Source: Ophelia neglecta
Lineage: Eukaryota
Reading direction: 5' to 3'
Assembly (NCBI GenBank): GCA_965285935.1
Contig: OZ260663.1
Span: 46,190,001 to 46,254,000 of the forward strand
Length of the DNA stretch: 64,000 bases
Notes under the pieces: model-generated
Database searches by the model: none
Told to the model about the DNA's origin: nothing
The model's input: only the letters and a program-made list of their open reading frames with translations
In this document: piece by piece, positions 14,771 through 26,500 of the stretch
How positions within the stretch are numbered: the stretch's first letter is position 1
Layout: the number at the start of each line of letters is the position of its first letter
Program-made: the position numbers and the translations under genes

Positions 14771-17700
14771 TAGATTTTATTTCAGAAATGCCATCAATGG
14801 AACCCAGTTCAAATAGTATTTAGAATGAAAAGAAAATCAATGGCATAAGTAATACGTTTTATGGTGAGGTAAAAAACATGATGTCCTGATTTCATATTAA
14901 TTATCTCAATCGGCTTTTTTTGACTAGATTGTCGAAAATGCTGCACGTTTCCCGAGTCTTTTAAAGTATATAAACGGATTAGACCTTTATTTCCAAGGGA
15001 GCATCGTTGAAAGTAATCTGCCCCGTTAAAACATCACATTCAGCAAAATAACATCTGAATATTTATTCGCCATGTTTATATCTAGTGTTGTGCTAGAATG
15101 CCGCTTGTTAATCGCTTAGAACTGTATGGATGTGATATTCTTCTGATTCACCCTATCAGTTTTTAAGCCATTATTCTTTGAGGCATTGTTCTGAATGTTG
15201 CAGAATCACCGATCATGCTCTTGTTATTTGAAAGTGTCATCTTAATGTTACTGTCAAGATTACAATTACAATCTATTTTATAACCACCACATTGGCAAAA
15301 GCGTCTTAAAAGTTAGCAGATTGTACGTAGAATTAGCCCGACTTGCTGGTGGTAATTGAGGCAGGCTCACAGGGTCAAATGTTACGCCTAGCCTCGGGCA
15401 ACAACGACATGCTTGGCTGTCTATCTGATATTAAATTTCATAATTCTAGTTAAAATCTAAAATATCTCAATCTTCTAAGCCGGATCTTCCTCAAGGTGAC
15501 AACTCGATAATTACGTAGATATGCTGCAGTCAACTGGAATAATTTGGCTTCACTTTATTTTGCAGAAACACCTTGTATATTGAGTTGGTCTACTTCAAAA
15601 GCAAAATGCCTATACTTCAAACGATATAGGGGAGTACAGGGTATTTATGTATATATAGGCAGATTTACATCGGACCATATTTTATTGAATCTCCAAGCCG
15701 AATGTGTCCATACTGGTATCTATCATAAAATTTTGATATTACCTATTAAAGCAGTCCTATGAAATGAAATAAAAAACATTGTGTTGCAGACGACATCACC
15801 ATGTGTACGGGATTTATAGTCTTCTTTGTACACCAAACGTCTTTACAAACCCCCTTTATGGGAAATGTCTAGAACATTATGTCACCAGCTGATTTCTTCA
15901 CCTTAAACTTCCTACTACAATTGGTTGAAGGTTCAACGTAGGTCTTACTATAGGTAAAGGTTCACACGAATGAAGTCAAAACTGTATTGAAAATAGTTCG
16001 ATCTAAAAACAATGCACTTCGAAATGCCTTCACTGCATGGTGGGAAAGTCTTAATAATATAGCTTCAAATTGTTTAATATTTGCTACTATACATGGCAAC
16101 AGCTACTCCTCGTATATTTAATTCGAAAGGCTTGCTAGTGGAATTCATTGTTTATATTATTTTTTGAATATAATAATTTTGCATGTATTGGTTTTTAAAA
16201 CGACAAGGTATTCAGAAAACCTATTCATGCCATAAAAAACCGTTTTGCATCCAACAATCAGACAAACCACAAATTACTCCGCCTCGATCTCTGAGGGCAA
16301 AGGTGAAGCTCGGAAGGACGCTCACGTGAACCGGCTCACGACAGTGACCCGGCTTGATTAACAGGAGGCGACCACTTCTGACATAAATTTATCCCCAATT
16401 AAACCTATTGCGAGAAATCACAACTTAGTTTGTCAGTTGGACAACATAACAATGTGCACAAAGGTTTAGTGCCGATGGCCGAGGGGCAAATTCTTATCGC
16501 ACCCTAATTCAGTTTACAACACATTGGCCGCGGAACCCGACCCTCGATGCCTGTTTGGAGTGGACTTGACTGGTATAATCATCGGACAGCTCTGCCCCTC
16601 GCCCCCGGGCGACTCTCTGAACCACGTCTGCCCTCGCAACAATGGCACGACTTAGCAAATGAAATCCGTGACTGTGATTTTTGTCGAGAATGAAGTGAAA
16701 CAAAGCGCAACGTGCTGGTGGCGAAATATCTGTTGGTTTTCATCACCACGAGCCTCGGGGACACCTGGCGCTGAATAGCTAGATTTATTTTCAATTTATA
16801 CATCAAGGGACCTGGTAAATGTGCTGAAAAATGACTATTCCACTTTTAATCGCAATCAAGGAATGTGAAAGACCTTTTGGTCAGTCTGGCCTCTAAATAA
16901 AATGGTATTATTCCGACTTTTTAAGGATGATTTGGTCAAAGGTTTAAGCCCGTTGTCCTCTCGTCTGCTCGTCTCTTACAATCTTTTCTTCTGGCTGTCC
17001 GGCTGTTAATCAAATCTTCTCTGATGTCGTGACCAAAGCCACCCGCCGTTGGTGGGATTATTGACAGAGGAATTACAACCATCACTCTCAACAAAGGTAC
17101 CATTTGATTTTCTACAGGTTTATTTCAAGTCCACGAGAAGGACTTTAGGTGTTGTATACCGCCCATATATCGGATGCGGTGCAAAATCAATTCAAGTCGG
17201 TTCAGATTTCTAGTGCGAGGAAGTGGTGATGCGCAGGGAGAGGGCGGGGGACAATATGTTTGACTGGTTTAAAGGCAGGTTGATGTCTGTCTTACCTGAC
17301 CCAGCAATGTGCTGGCCGATTAGAAGCTTACATAGCCCCCAGACATCCATCAATACATCCTGAAATCTAATAGTATTTACAGTTCAGATTTACCTCTATA
17401 TATCATCAAATTTTGCCGCATGACCTCTTCGGCGCGTAATAGATTTCTCAATAAAGTGCTTTGAGATGCGCTGACACTTTGAAACACTATTGTAATCCTA
17501 CCAGAGAGGGTTCTTGACGCCGGGGCTCGGCCAAGTGGAGCGCTGGTGGGGTCTGTTGAACACAGCTCGCTGGAGATGGACGATAGTGGCAATTTTGAAG
17601 TTGTTAAACTCCAATACAAATCATTAGAGGACCACAACAAAGCAATGTGGTAACTCGCAACAATGTCGTCTGCGGCATCCCATTCAACCCGAGACGATGG

Positions 17701-20700
17701 CAGACGATCAAGACCTCTTGCCGAATAGGCAAATTAAAATATTAAATCGGTCACTGATCATCATGATTCGAGAGCGGCATCGGGTGACATCTTGAATTGA
17801 ATTAATAACTAATTTGCCATATGTTCACTCAACGTCTTGGTGAAATTTAAAACCAGCATTTGGCTTTTCTATATTGTGTTGCACGTTTAGTAAGTTGCTT
17901 ACAAATAACTCTGATGGCAAGATACAATTACAGCGGCCCATTTGGGAGAGGGAACATGCTAATTTAAATCTTTGGTTAGAAATCATCCCGAACTCACGAC
18001 AGTCACTCTGGCATCCTCATTGTCCAATCACTGTACGCATTCACGCTTCCAATCTATATGAATATCACATGACAATGAAAAGAGGAATTAAATTTGTTCA
18101 TCGTGGCGATAAAATAAGAGTTGAATACAGTGCGATGGATGATATGCAGAAGTTGGGAGTTATTAACATCTGTGCCCCCAATCTGAGCTGTTCAATGGCG
18201 GAGATGAACGCTGGTCGTCCGCCACAGCCCCCGTGCCCTCTAAAGGCCACCAGACCTCCGGGGTCGCAGGCAGACCAAGCCCAAGTCACGGGCTCAATCA
18301 CAATGCTCCAAAATTCATTCTCTCGTTGTCATTTTTCTACAGTGCACATCTTAGCCAGCTATAGGATGTAATTATACGGCTGCCCGCACCCTGATTCAAC
18401 ACTCCCGTCTGCTAAATCTTCAGTCAGCAGACGAGAGCCTAGCCACTGGCAAGACAAACAGAAAGTCAAACACTCGGCCATCGTCTGCAACAAATACCAA
18501 TACACCGTTTATGTGTTTGCCTGAACTTTGCCCCGTCAATGATTTGCTTTATACTTTGTGAGCCTCGAATAAAGCACTCGGCAATTTCTTCATTGCTCCC
18601 TGCAACCCTACGGAATGATTCTGGTGGACGCTTTAGGCCTTGCTCGTCCAAGCAGAGAAGTGTGGGGAGGACCTAATTGAAGTCACAGCTGAGGCCTAAG
18701 GACAGCGACTTCCAGCCGGGGCCTGGGATGAAATGACGTCTCCCTGGGAAGATCGCCCTAGGCCATACCAGAACAAAACACACGATAAAACGCCGCAATT
18801 TGTACTTTAACAAATAATTGAGGTTGTGGGCACATTACTCAATTGTGCTGACGCAGTGGCCGTTTTCATTCACGTCTTGTCACGATAACTCGAGATTCAA
18901 TTTGCCAACTGTGCCGGATTATTTTGCCGCCTTGCTTCCTCTAATTTAAGGCCGATTTGGCTGCCATTGCTTCTGATTGTTTCATTACCGTTTCATAAGC
19001 TCTCGTTCGGCTGCGCCGGTTTTTGTTCACGCCGGGGTTCATCTTGTTGGCTCCCCCATCAAGGGCGATAATTTAACAAGGCAACCTCATGAGTTGGTTA
19101 ATCCACCTTCTTTGTTATTATCTACTGCGGTGGTGCTGTTTTGGTTCCGCTGGGAACCAGTTTGGCTTTACTCGATCAAATTATGATTGTTCCGAAACAA
19201 TTGAGGCAATTTGGAACATTGCAAGAGAGACGTTGCTGACAAACTAGGCAATAAACTAAATAGAGACAAATCGAGAGATTGTATTCAATTCGACTCCCAA
19301 CTTCAGAATGGTCATATTTTTGCACACGGTTCATATTTTTACAGAGAGAGAAATCAAATGGTAAATGGCCAGGCTCTGGCAGGCATTGAACTGTTTGTCT
19401 GCGTCTTCATGGTAAATTGGCCTCTCGTTTTCTTAAGCTTACTAGCCGAATGGTGAATCACTCCCAGAAGCAAACACGAGTTTTCCGCTTGCTGAAATAC
19501 ATCATTGACACGGATGGTTAATGTTACTCAGTATTGAATTGGTTTGTTTGGGGGGCGGCTTGGATGAGCGGGACTTCTTCTAAACCAAGGCAGACGAGAG
19601 CAGACAGTTCTCGTGTGAGCGATCAACGTATAATATAGTGTAATAGAGCATTAACGTGGAGAGAACTTTAATACCTTGGCGTAAAATTACCAAATCTACT
19701 ATCACCATTACTTCCTCGTGTGTCTGTGGCAACTGTACTTAAAGACGCAATAATTTTAAACAGCGGGCACGCAAGCTCGATACATCAGAGACTTAACAAC
19801 GGCGGTGTAAACTATTTTCCTGGAAACAGAAACAAATTGATTCCCTCTTAGTTTTCTTGACTCCAGATTATGGCCTGTAGTCAATGGTTGAAGTTCGTGT
19901 TCACTCTTTCTTGATACTAGGTAAAAGATAATGTCTCCTGGGGCAGTTTCCCACGTATATATATAAACCTATAGGGCATATAGTTTATTCAATATTATCA
20001 TAAGATCGGGTACAATCGTAAAAAAGGTATGCCTTAACTTTTACATATAGGCCTATGTGTCGACCATCAATTACCCTATAAATGCACTTGCAATGTCTTT
20101 CTTTAGGAGACATTCTAGGAGCTTATGGGCAAACGTTAATAATATAGGCCTATATTAAAATTATGCTGTTTGATTTGCAGGCCATTACTTGGGGCAAAAT
20201 TCTCAATAGAGTGTGATTTTATGTGTAGGCACATGCAGACAGGTATAAAAGTATTCGGTAACACCGTATATGCCCATAGGCTGCGGGCCCGCTGTTCTCT
20301 GGTTTGGCTGTAAACATTCATGCTTTCTTTGGTGTTGGGGGTTTAGGGATATGCGCAAAATAATGAAAGAGGCTTATATAGCCTCTAGCTGTGTAACAAA
20401 AGACAGAAGAATATTTCTATCCATTGTCGCTTATAGGATGAATAAACAGCTGGACAGCATATTGTTATAATAGACAATACAATGCCGATAAATTTGACTC
20501 ATTTATTTCAAACAGGGAAAATCACGAAGAAATTTGTAAGCATATGGGTGGGTTGTCCTGGGGAAGCCTTGAAGAGGGGTGGTTTTCATCACCCACACAC
20601 CCAGCAAGTCCCTACGGACCGCTTCGATGTGCCATTGTTATAATCACAACTGGAGTCACCAATCTATCGCCCTGGTAACATACGAGTACACCAAGAATAA

Positions 20701-21229
20701 TACCGTCGCCTAACGAGAAAATCATGAAAAACGCAATTAGTCGTAATTGAATTATCCCTGATTATGATGCACTGCTCGGGGAGTAGAAAATGAAAATTCA
20801 TTCCCTGACTCCTGTGATTCATTTCGCCAGACACCCCAAGCAATCATTTTTCCAGATTCCTATATCATGAAATATATCTGCTGTCTCTAGGTTTGTCATT
20901 AATACTGTTACATGGCAGGGCTTGAAAACCCAGCTGTGACTTGAAGAATGAGATGATCGGGACTGTAAAAACTCGCCCACATCCTGCAAGCTGTCGGCTC
21001 AATGAAAGTGCAATATGGCCATTGGTGCAGTATGTAGTTTCGGTTATCGTTTTTCATCACGTCACATGGAGGTTTGTGACACGCGAACTTGTGTAATTTC
21101 GGGAGGAAAGCGAGCGGGGAAGATCAACTATTTCTTATTCAAACACACTAATGAGAAGATGTGGATCTTTGCTCTTCTTCCCACAGATGGGATTGCTGAC
21201 AAATCTATTTTAACTGGTTGCTAAGCTAT

Positions 21230-21795
21230 GGGTTGGGCTAACCGAAGCCGATTGGTGCCATTGTCATTGCGGGGATAGCCATCAATTAGGCGGAGAGGGT
21301 CCCTTGTAGAATGCTTGGCGGCCGGCTGCCAGCCTGTTTGCTTATGCCGAGGGGCCGGTCTTAGGCATCTCTCCCCCAATGACATCACCACGCCGCTTTT
21401 CAATCTCCCCGCCGCTCTTTATCCACTCGTGTCGATGCACGGTGTCGTAGCAAAGGAACAATATGCAGCTATTGACTACTAAGCGGTGCATCCCCTTCAC
21501 GGTCTGCCCGGCTCTCGCTATAAAATTACCAGTCGCCGTTTGGTTTTGATTTGATAAGCGGTTGTCATTAGTCAGACAGTTGTGGCAATTCGACAAGATC
21601 TGAGCGGAGGTTGCCAATCGACGGCCTGTCCAGTTAGCAAGGCCAAGCTCATCTGCCCTGATTGACTTCAATAAGATTGTTGAACTAAGTGCTGGGAGTG
21701 ACCGAACGCCGTCAGAGCTAGACCGGGCCTCAGAGAAGACTAGCTAAATGTTTTAGAGACTGAGCGAAGCCAGTGAGTGCCTTGCCTGCCCTAAG
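21230..21795 (+). promoter_or_regulatory. Proximal promoter and 5' leader of the bHLH gene
   Basis: CpG-rich segment immediately upstream of the ATG, with CCAAT/ATTGG boxes (~21251, ~21375, ~21614), a Sox-like CATTGT (~21259) and TATAAAA at 21519-21525. The TSS is inferred, not observed. Confidence 0.6.
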
Positions 21796-22689
21796 ATGGA
21801 TGATGGAATTCCGAGCACGGAGCTGAGACGAGCAGGCGTAGAAGGTAATGGTCCCTCTCCCAACGGCCGACTTGACGACTACGGCCAAGGATATCCGCTC
21901 AATTTCTCTCGGAAGTCGTTGGACTGCAATTCATCGGAGCGATTTAGCGGCAGGGCGGAAGTTAGCAATATATCAGCTTGTCCACGCTCGGAGATGACTA
22001 CATCTGTACCCGGAGCAGGACTACCGAGTGGGGAGGCTGACTTACTGGCCCAAGAGGCCTCGTCAAGGATGTCTTCTACGGAGAACTGTCCCACCAGCGG
22101 CGGTGTCTACCACGGCCTGAACCTTGACAGCGAGGCCGGGGGAACTCACTTCCACCTCGAGGAAGGGGCTAGCAGTAGCGGGGACGAGAGCTTCAGCTCG
22201 CGGAGGGAACACGACCTCGACCACGTCCAAGGAGACTACGAAGAACATTCTTTGAGCGGGAAAGTCAAGGGTGGTTCCACTTCCAAGAGTGGTACAGACA
22301 AAAAAAGGTTTGGGAAACAACCCGTCAGACTTGGCATTAATGCTAGGGAGAGAAGACGAATGCACGATCTGAACGACGCTTTAGACGAGCTAAGGGGGGT
22401 GATACCCTACGCACACAGTCCTAGTGTCAGAAAACTCTCAAAAATCGCCACCCTTCTCTTGGCTAAAAACTACATTCTGATGCAGGCGAACGCCTTGGAC
22501 GAGATGCGTCGACTGATCACCTACATGAACCAGTCACCGCCCCCGCCGCCCGTGTATGAGACCTTCTCGCCTTATGCACCTCCCAGGATGCCCCATCCCC
22601 CTACTGCTGCTACCTCCGTGGACAAGCTGGCCCCCATCTACCCCCCGGCCCAGGGCTCTCCAGCCCACCAGGCCCGGGTGGAGAAATGA
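21796..22689 (+). CDS. BHLHE22: Olig/Beta3-family class E bHLH transcription factor (BHLHE22/BHLHE23; Drosophila Oli orthologue), single exon, 297 aa
   Basis: bHLH domain [64 protein letters not shown] matches the diagnostic Beta3/BHLHE22-23 sequence. Ser/Gly-rich N-terminus, Pro-rich C-terminus, intronless as in vertebrate orthologues. The invertebrate gene is co-orthologous to BHLHE22 and BHLHE23. Confidence 0.97.
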   Translation: MDDGIPSTELRRAGVEGNGPSPNGRLDDYGQGYPLNFSRKSLDCNSSERFSGRAEVSNISACPRSEMTTSVPGAGLPSGEADLLAQEASSRMSSTENCPTSGGVYHGLNLDSEAGGTHFHLEEGASSSGDESFSSRREHDLDHVQGDYEEHSLSGKVKGGSTSKSGTDKKRFGKQPVRLGINARERRRMHDLNDALDELRGVIPYAHSPSVRKLSKIATLLLAKNYILMQANALDEMRRLITYMNQSPPPPPVYETFSPYAPPRMPHPPTAATSVDKLAPIYPPAQGSPAHQARVEK

Positions 22690-23570
22690 CCGCCAGCCTC
22701 TCGACACCTCTCGTCTGATACTGTCCCTCGGTGCTTTGTATAGCGACGTGCCACTTACTGACATACTAAACTCAGTCAGTGAGACGTTACATGTTAGCCC
22801 GAAAAATGATTAATTTAATAACAATATTGACAGAAAGCCAAACATAGAAAGTGGATATTCAGTGTGTCACAGAATGCCATTTTAACAAGTTTGTTAAAAA
22901 TGACAATAAGGACAATTCATGTGAAGGTGGTATGTAGTCAGTGATTGCAAAATGAAATCTGTTTCATGTTAGCTCTTGGCCTGTGTGTGTGAATTTTGAT
23001 AGGTCGCAATAAGTCGCTCAAAAGCAAAAACTATTGGGCTTTTTTCTGCGACAAGTGTAATAATTAAAGATTGTGTCATAATTTGTGAATCCCTGCTGGA
23101 TGACTGTGTATTCTGCCTGTCACGGATGGCTGACCTTGGTGAGTGTCGTGTTATTATCACCAAACCCATTTCCCTATAGGCCTATATCTTAATTTGTGTG
23201 TGTGATCATGTGTGAACATCAACTTTCAACTAGCCTATATATATAGTCAAAACTCTGCTATAGAGTTGAATTTCAACTGATAGGCTTAATAAACCTATAT
23301 AGTTACTTTTATCTATCTTCATAGTCTAAGAGTGTAAAAAGCAATATCGAATTTGTGCGCAAAGATATTATTGCAATAAATCAGCAAGGTTTTTTTGTGC
23401 ACTGGATGATTGTATTAAATAGGCCTGATGTTGATAATGCCTCCTCTTTAAAGTTAAAAAGCATTATGTCAATTACGAAGAAAACCAGCTCTGTAACAAA
23501 GTATTTGTTTTGGTACCATGTTTAAAGAAAGCAATATTAATCGCAATAAACTTGAATTCTCAAATGGAGA
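22690..23570 (+). other. 3' UTR of the bHLH gene with three AATAAA polyadenylation signals
   Basis: AT-rich sequence after the stop codon; AATAAA at 23288, 23375 and 23545, with GT-rich sequence downstream of the last. Confidence 0.6.
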
Positions 23571-26500
23571 CATGGAACCTTTGTCTTGTTATTATGCATT
23601 TGGCATCAGTATGTGAAAATATACAAATAGTGCTATGAAGGCTAAAAGCATTGCTCGCCAAGCCTTTATACATGCATGCATGATTTTTAATTTTCGTTGT
23701 CAGGCATTTTTCGGTATTCTATGAAAATAGAAGGGTCCGTGGAGGCCGTTCACTGCGCGTTACAACAATCTGTTAGTCACATTCTTTACGTCTGGCACCG
23801 TGAAAACCATGGACTAGTCATTGAAGTAAATATAATCCTATTTCATTGCCCACATGGTAGCATCGAGAAAGGCAGGCCAACCGTGCTTCACTCAGTCACA
23901 TTAACATATGCCTGGCACACGCTGAAAGTTTCCAAGCTTTTGGCTTTGTTTAAGAGGGAATTATATATTTTTTCTGATAACATTTTGTAAATCAGTTTAG
24001 AAACTCACACCGTCAGATAAAAATGTGTCTGTTAAGAAAACAAGACAATAGGACGGTTAAGTATGATGGTAAATACAGTTTGTCATCAGTGTTTGCGTGT
24101 TGAAAGTATATTTAAAATAGTTCCAAAGTTAAGAACTGTAATAGCCTGACTGGTGAACTAAGCTTTCTTATTGTGATACTAATCTCATAATGTTTCCCCG
24201 ACCTGGTTGCTTATATAATGTAAATATTCGTGTATGAAAGAGAATTTTTAAATCTGCAATAAATTCTGAACTTGTTTTCAAGTATAAAAAGCCATGCAGA
24301 AAACCAGACTGATACAACTTTGGTTATTTCAGCATTAGTCTCCGTGGAGTATCGGAGAACGTTTGATATTCAAGCGGTGAACTTACGTGTAGATCTGCTG
24401 ACACGTTTGAGTGAGAGGTCATCAAATTTGTCTGGGCGCCTTCTGAGGCGGGAAGCTGAATTGCGGCCCTGCACACATGATAGTGTCAAAACGAGCCGTA
24501 CTTTCATGCTGAAAGGATGAAATTCATTACATTTTCTCTGTTCCTCAAGCGACTACGAATTCACTTAAGGGCCGATCCCAATAAATCGTGCTAACAAATA
24601 GGCCCCGGTCTTGGCCATATTCCAATGTGATCGCCGAAATAAGGAGCAGTACTAAAGTGTCTGTTACCCATTAGATATACAAATCACATTTGGAAGAAGA
24701 GTAAGAACCGAGAGCAGAATTCTCCGGCAATACATCATTCCCTAAGTTGGTTTTACCGAGGATACTAAAGCCGAATTGAGCACATGCGCGTATTACTGTC
24801 ACTTTGCAATTCGATTCGCCTGCGTTTTCGTCGCTTGAAAAGCTCCTCCATCCAATTAGGTCGGGAAAGTAAATTTGATTTCGGTTCGCCATACGCTTCT
24901 CCTTTGAAACCATTTCAGCTGGTCGAGAATTGTCATTTCCACTAATAGCAGGGCTCTAAGAGACCAGTATTTTGGCTAAACTACAATATAAACTGGAAAG
25001 AAGGGCAACAACTTATTTGTTAGAGTCGACTAGAGTGGATATTTTTCCAAATTAATTTCTTAAAATTTTATTTCTTGCAATAGCTACTATGCGATATTTA
25101 AAGTGTATTCGGTAATATGGCTATATACACTATACTCCTTTTTTTTTCTCCAATCTCCGCTATTGATAATATAAACACACAAGCGTTCTAGCCTCATCAC
25201 TTGTTTCGCAATTTAAGAAAAACTCTTTTTTTTTATTTCTAAATTTTTTCACAAGAAGAAGCGCATGTTATTTTTTTTACATTTTGCAAAGCATTCTCTA
25301 AATGTGTCACAAGAACGTCGCTCGATGATGCATCAGCAGCGAAACAAAAAAAACAATATAATTCAATTTGCCCACAAACAGTTAGGTCCTATGCTTAACC
25401 ATCTGCATGGTAAGCATTGAGTTGATTACCGATACAAATGAGGGACAGGACTTCTCGAAGTTGGAGCCAGTATTGTCTGTCTAATTACAATGACTGGTTT
25501 AGCCAGTTTGATAAGAATGTTTGTTAGATACTCGTTTCTCTAGGCCGTTATTATCGCCCGCGGCATGTTTTAGTCGAGCAGACGACCAGGCCTGGGGCTA
25601 CGTGTAGCATACATATTTATAATGTGTCCGTCTTGCGTTGTAAGTCGGACTATCTCTGGGGCCTAATCTAATCACCGGGCCCGCATCGGCCGCATAGAAC
25701 CATAGAGAACGCCTGCCAGCCATAATAGCCCAGTTAATCTAAAATCATAATCGAATAAACTCTGATAATGCACTAACGCATGGTACAGATTTGAGATTGG
25801 CCCTCAATCGGTCAAATAGACAGAGATGGCTCTTTCTTCCAATGAAATGTTTACCCATTTGACTCACAAATTGTGTTCGTCTTTCCCATTCCGACTCGTT
25901 CGTGAATTGAACGTTTTTTTTCGGGCAGTGTCATCGTGGTTTTTGTGCTCATCAAAGCAGTGAATGTCTTCTATTTGTTCGAGGCCTTGTGCATCATTGG
26001 GCATTCAAAAATGTTTATAACACCTCTTATACTGTTGAAAGAAAAATTCTAGGAAATCGCAAACCTTCAATGTGGCCGTATAAAATCTCTATAGGCCCTA
26101 TATAAGGATCATTAAAGCGAGTAGAATTAAAATTAATCATTTAAAGATGGCCGCCTGCCCGCCTCCCGAGGAGAAGGATCACGGACCCTCCAATGTCTGC
26201 GAATTTATTTCAGTTTAAACATTTAATTGAGACAAACTTTCGCATTCAAGGTGTTTTTTCTCACTGTAATAAAGCCGATATTAATGTCTTCTCCATGGTT
26301 AATATGTGACATGTATAGTTAAATGACTTCACTTGCATTTTCGCACAGTATTGGTATCGCGTTCTGTCGTGAATTTATAAAATTTCGTACCATTTCTCGG
26401 AACCTGGAAAGTCCGGGTCCAGTTTATTGGCTCTGTTTATAACGCAAGCGTCTGAGGCCAAGGTCATTTCGTACTCAGGTCTTTTTATCCACAGAATATT

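Noticed and set aside
17874-18371. 165-aa ORF
   Set aside because: TTG start, no recognisable domain, no convincing splice signals; lies in the regulatory region.
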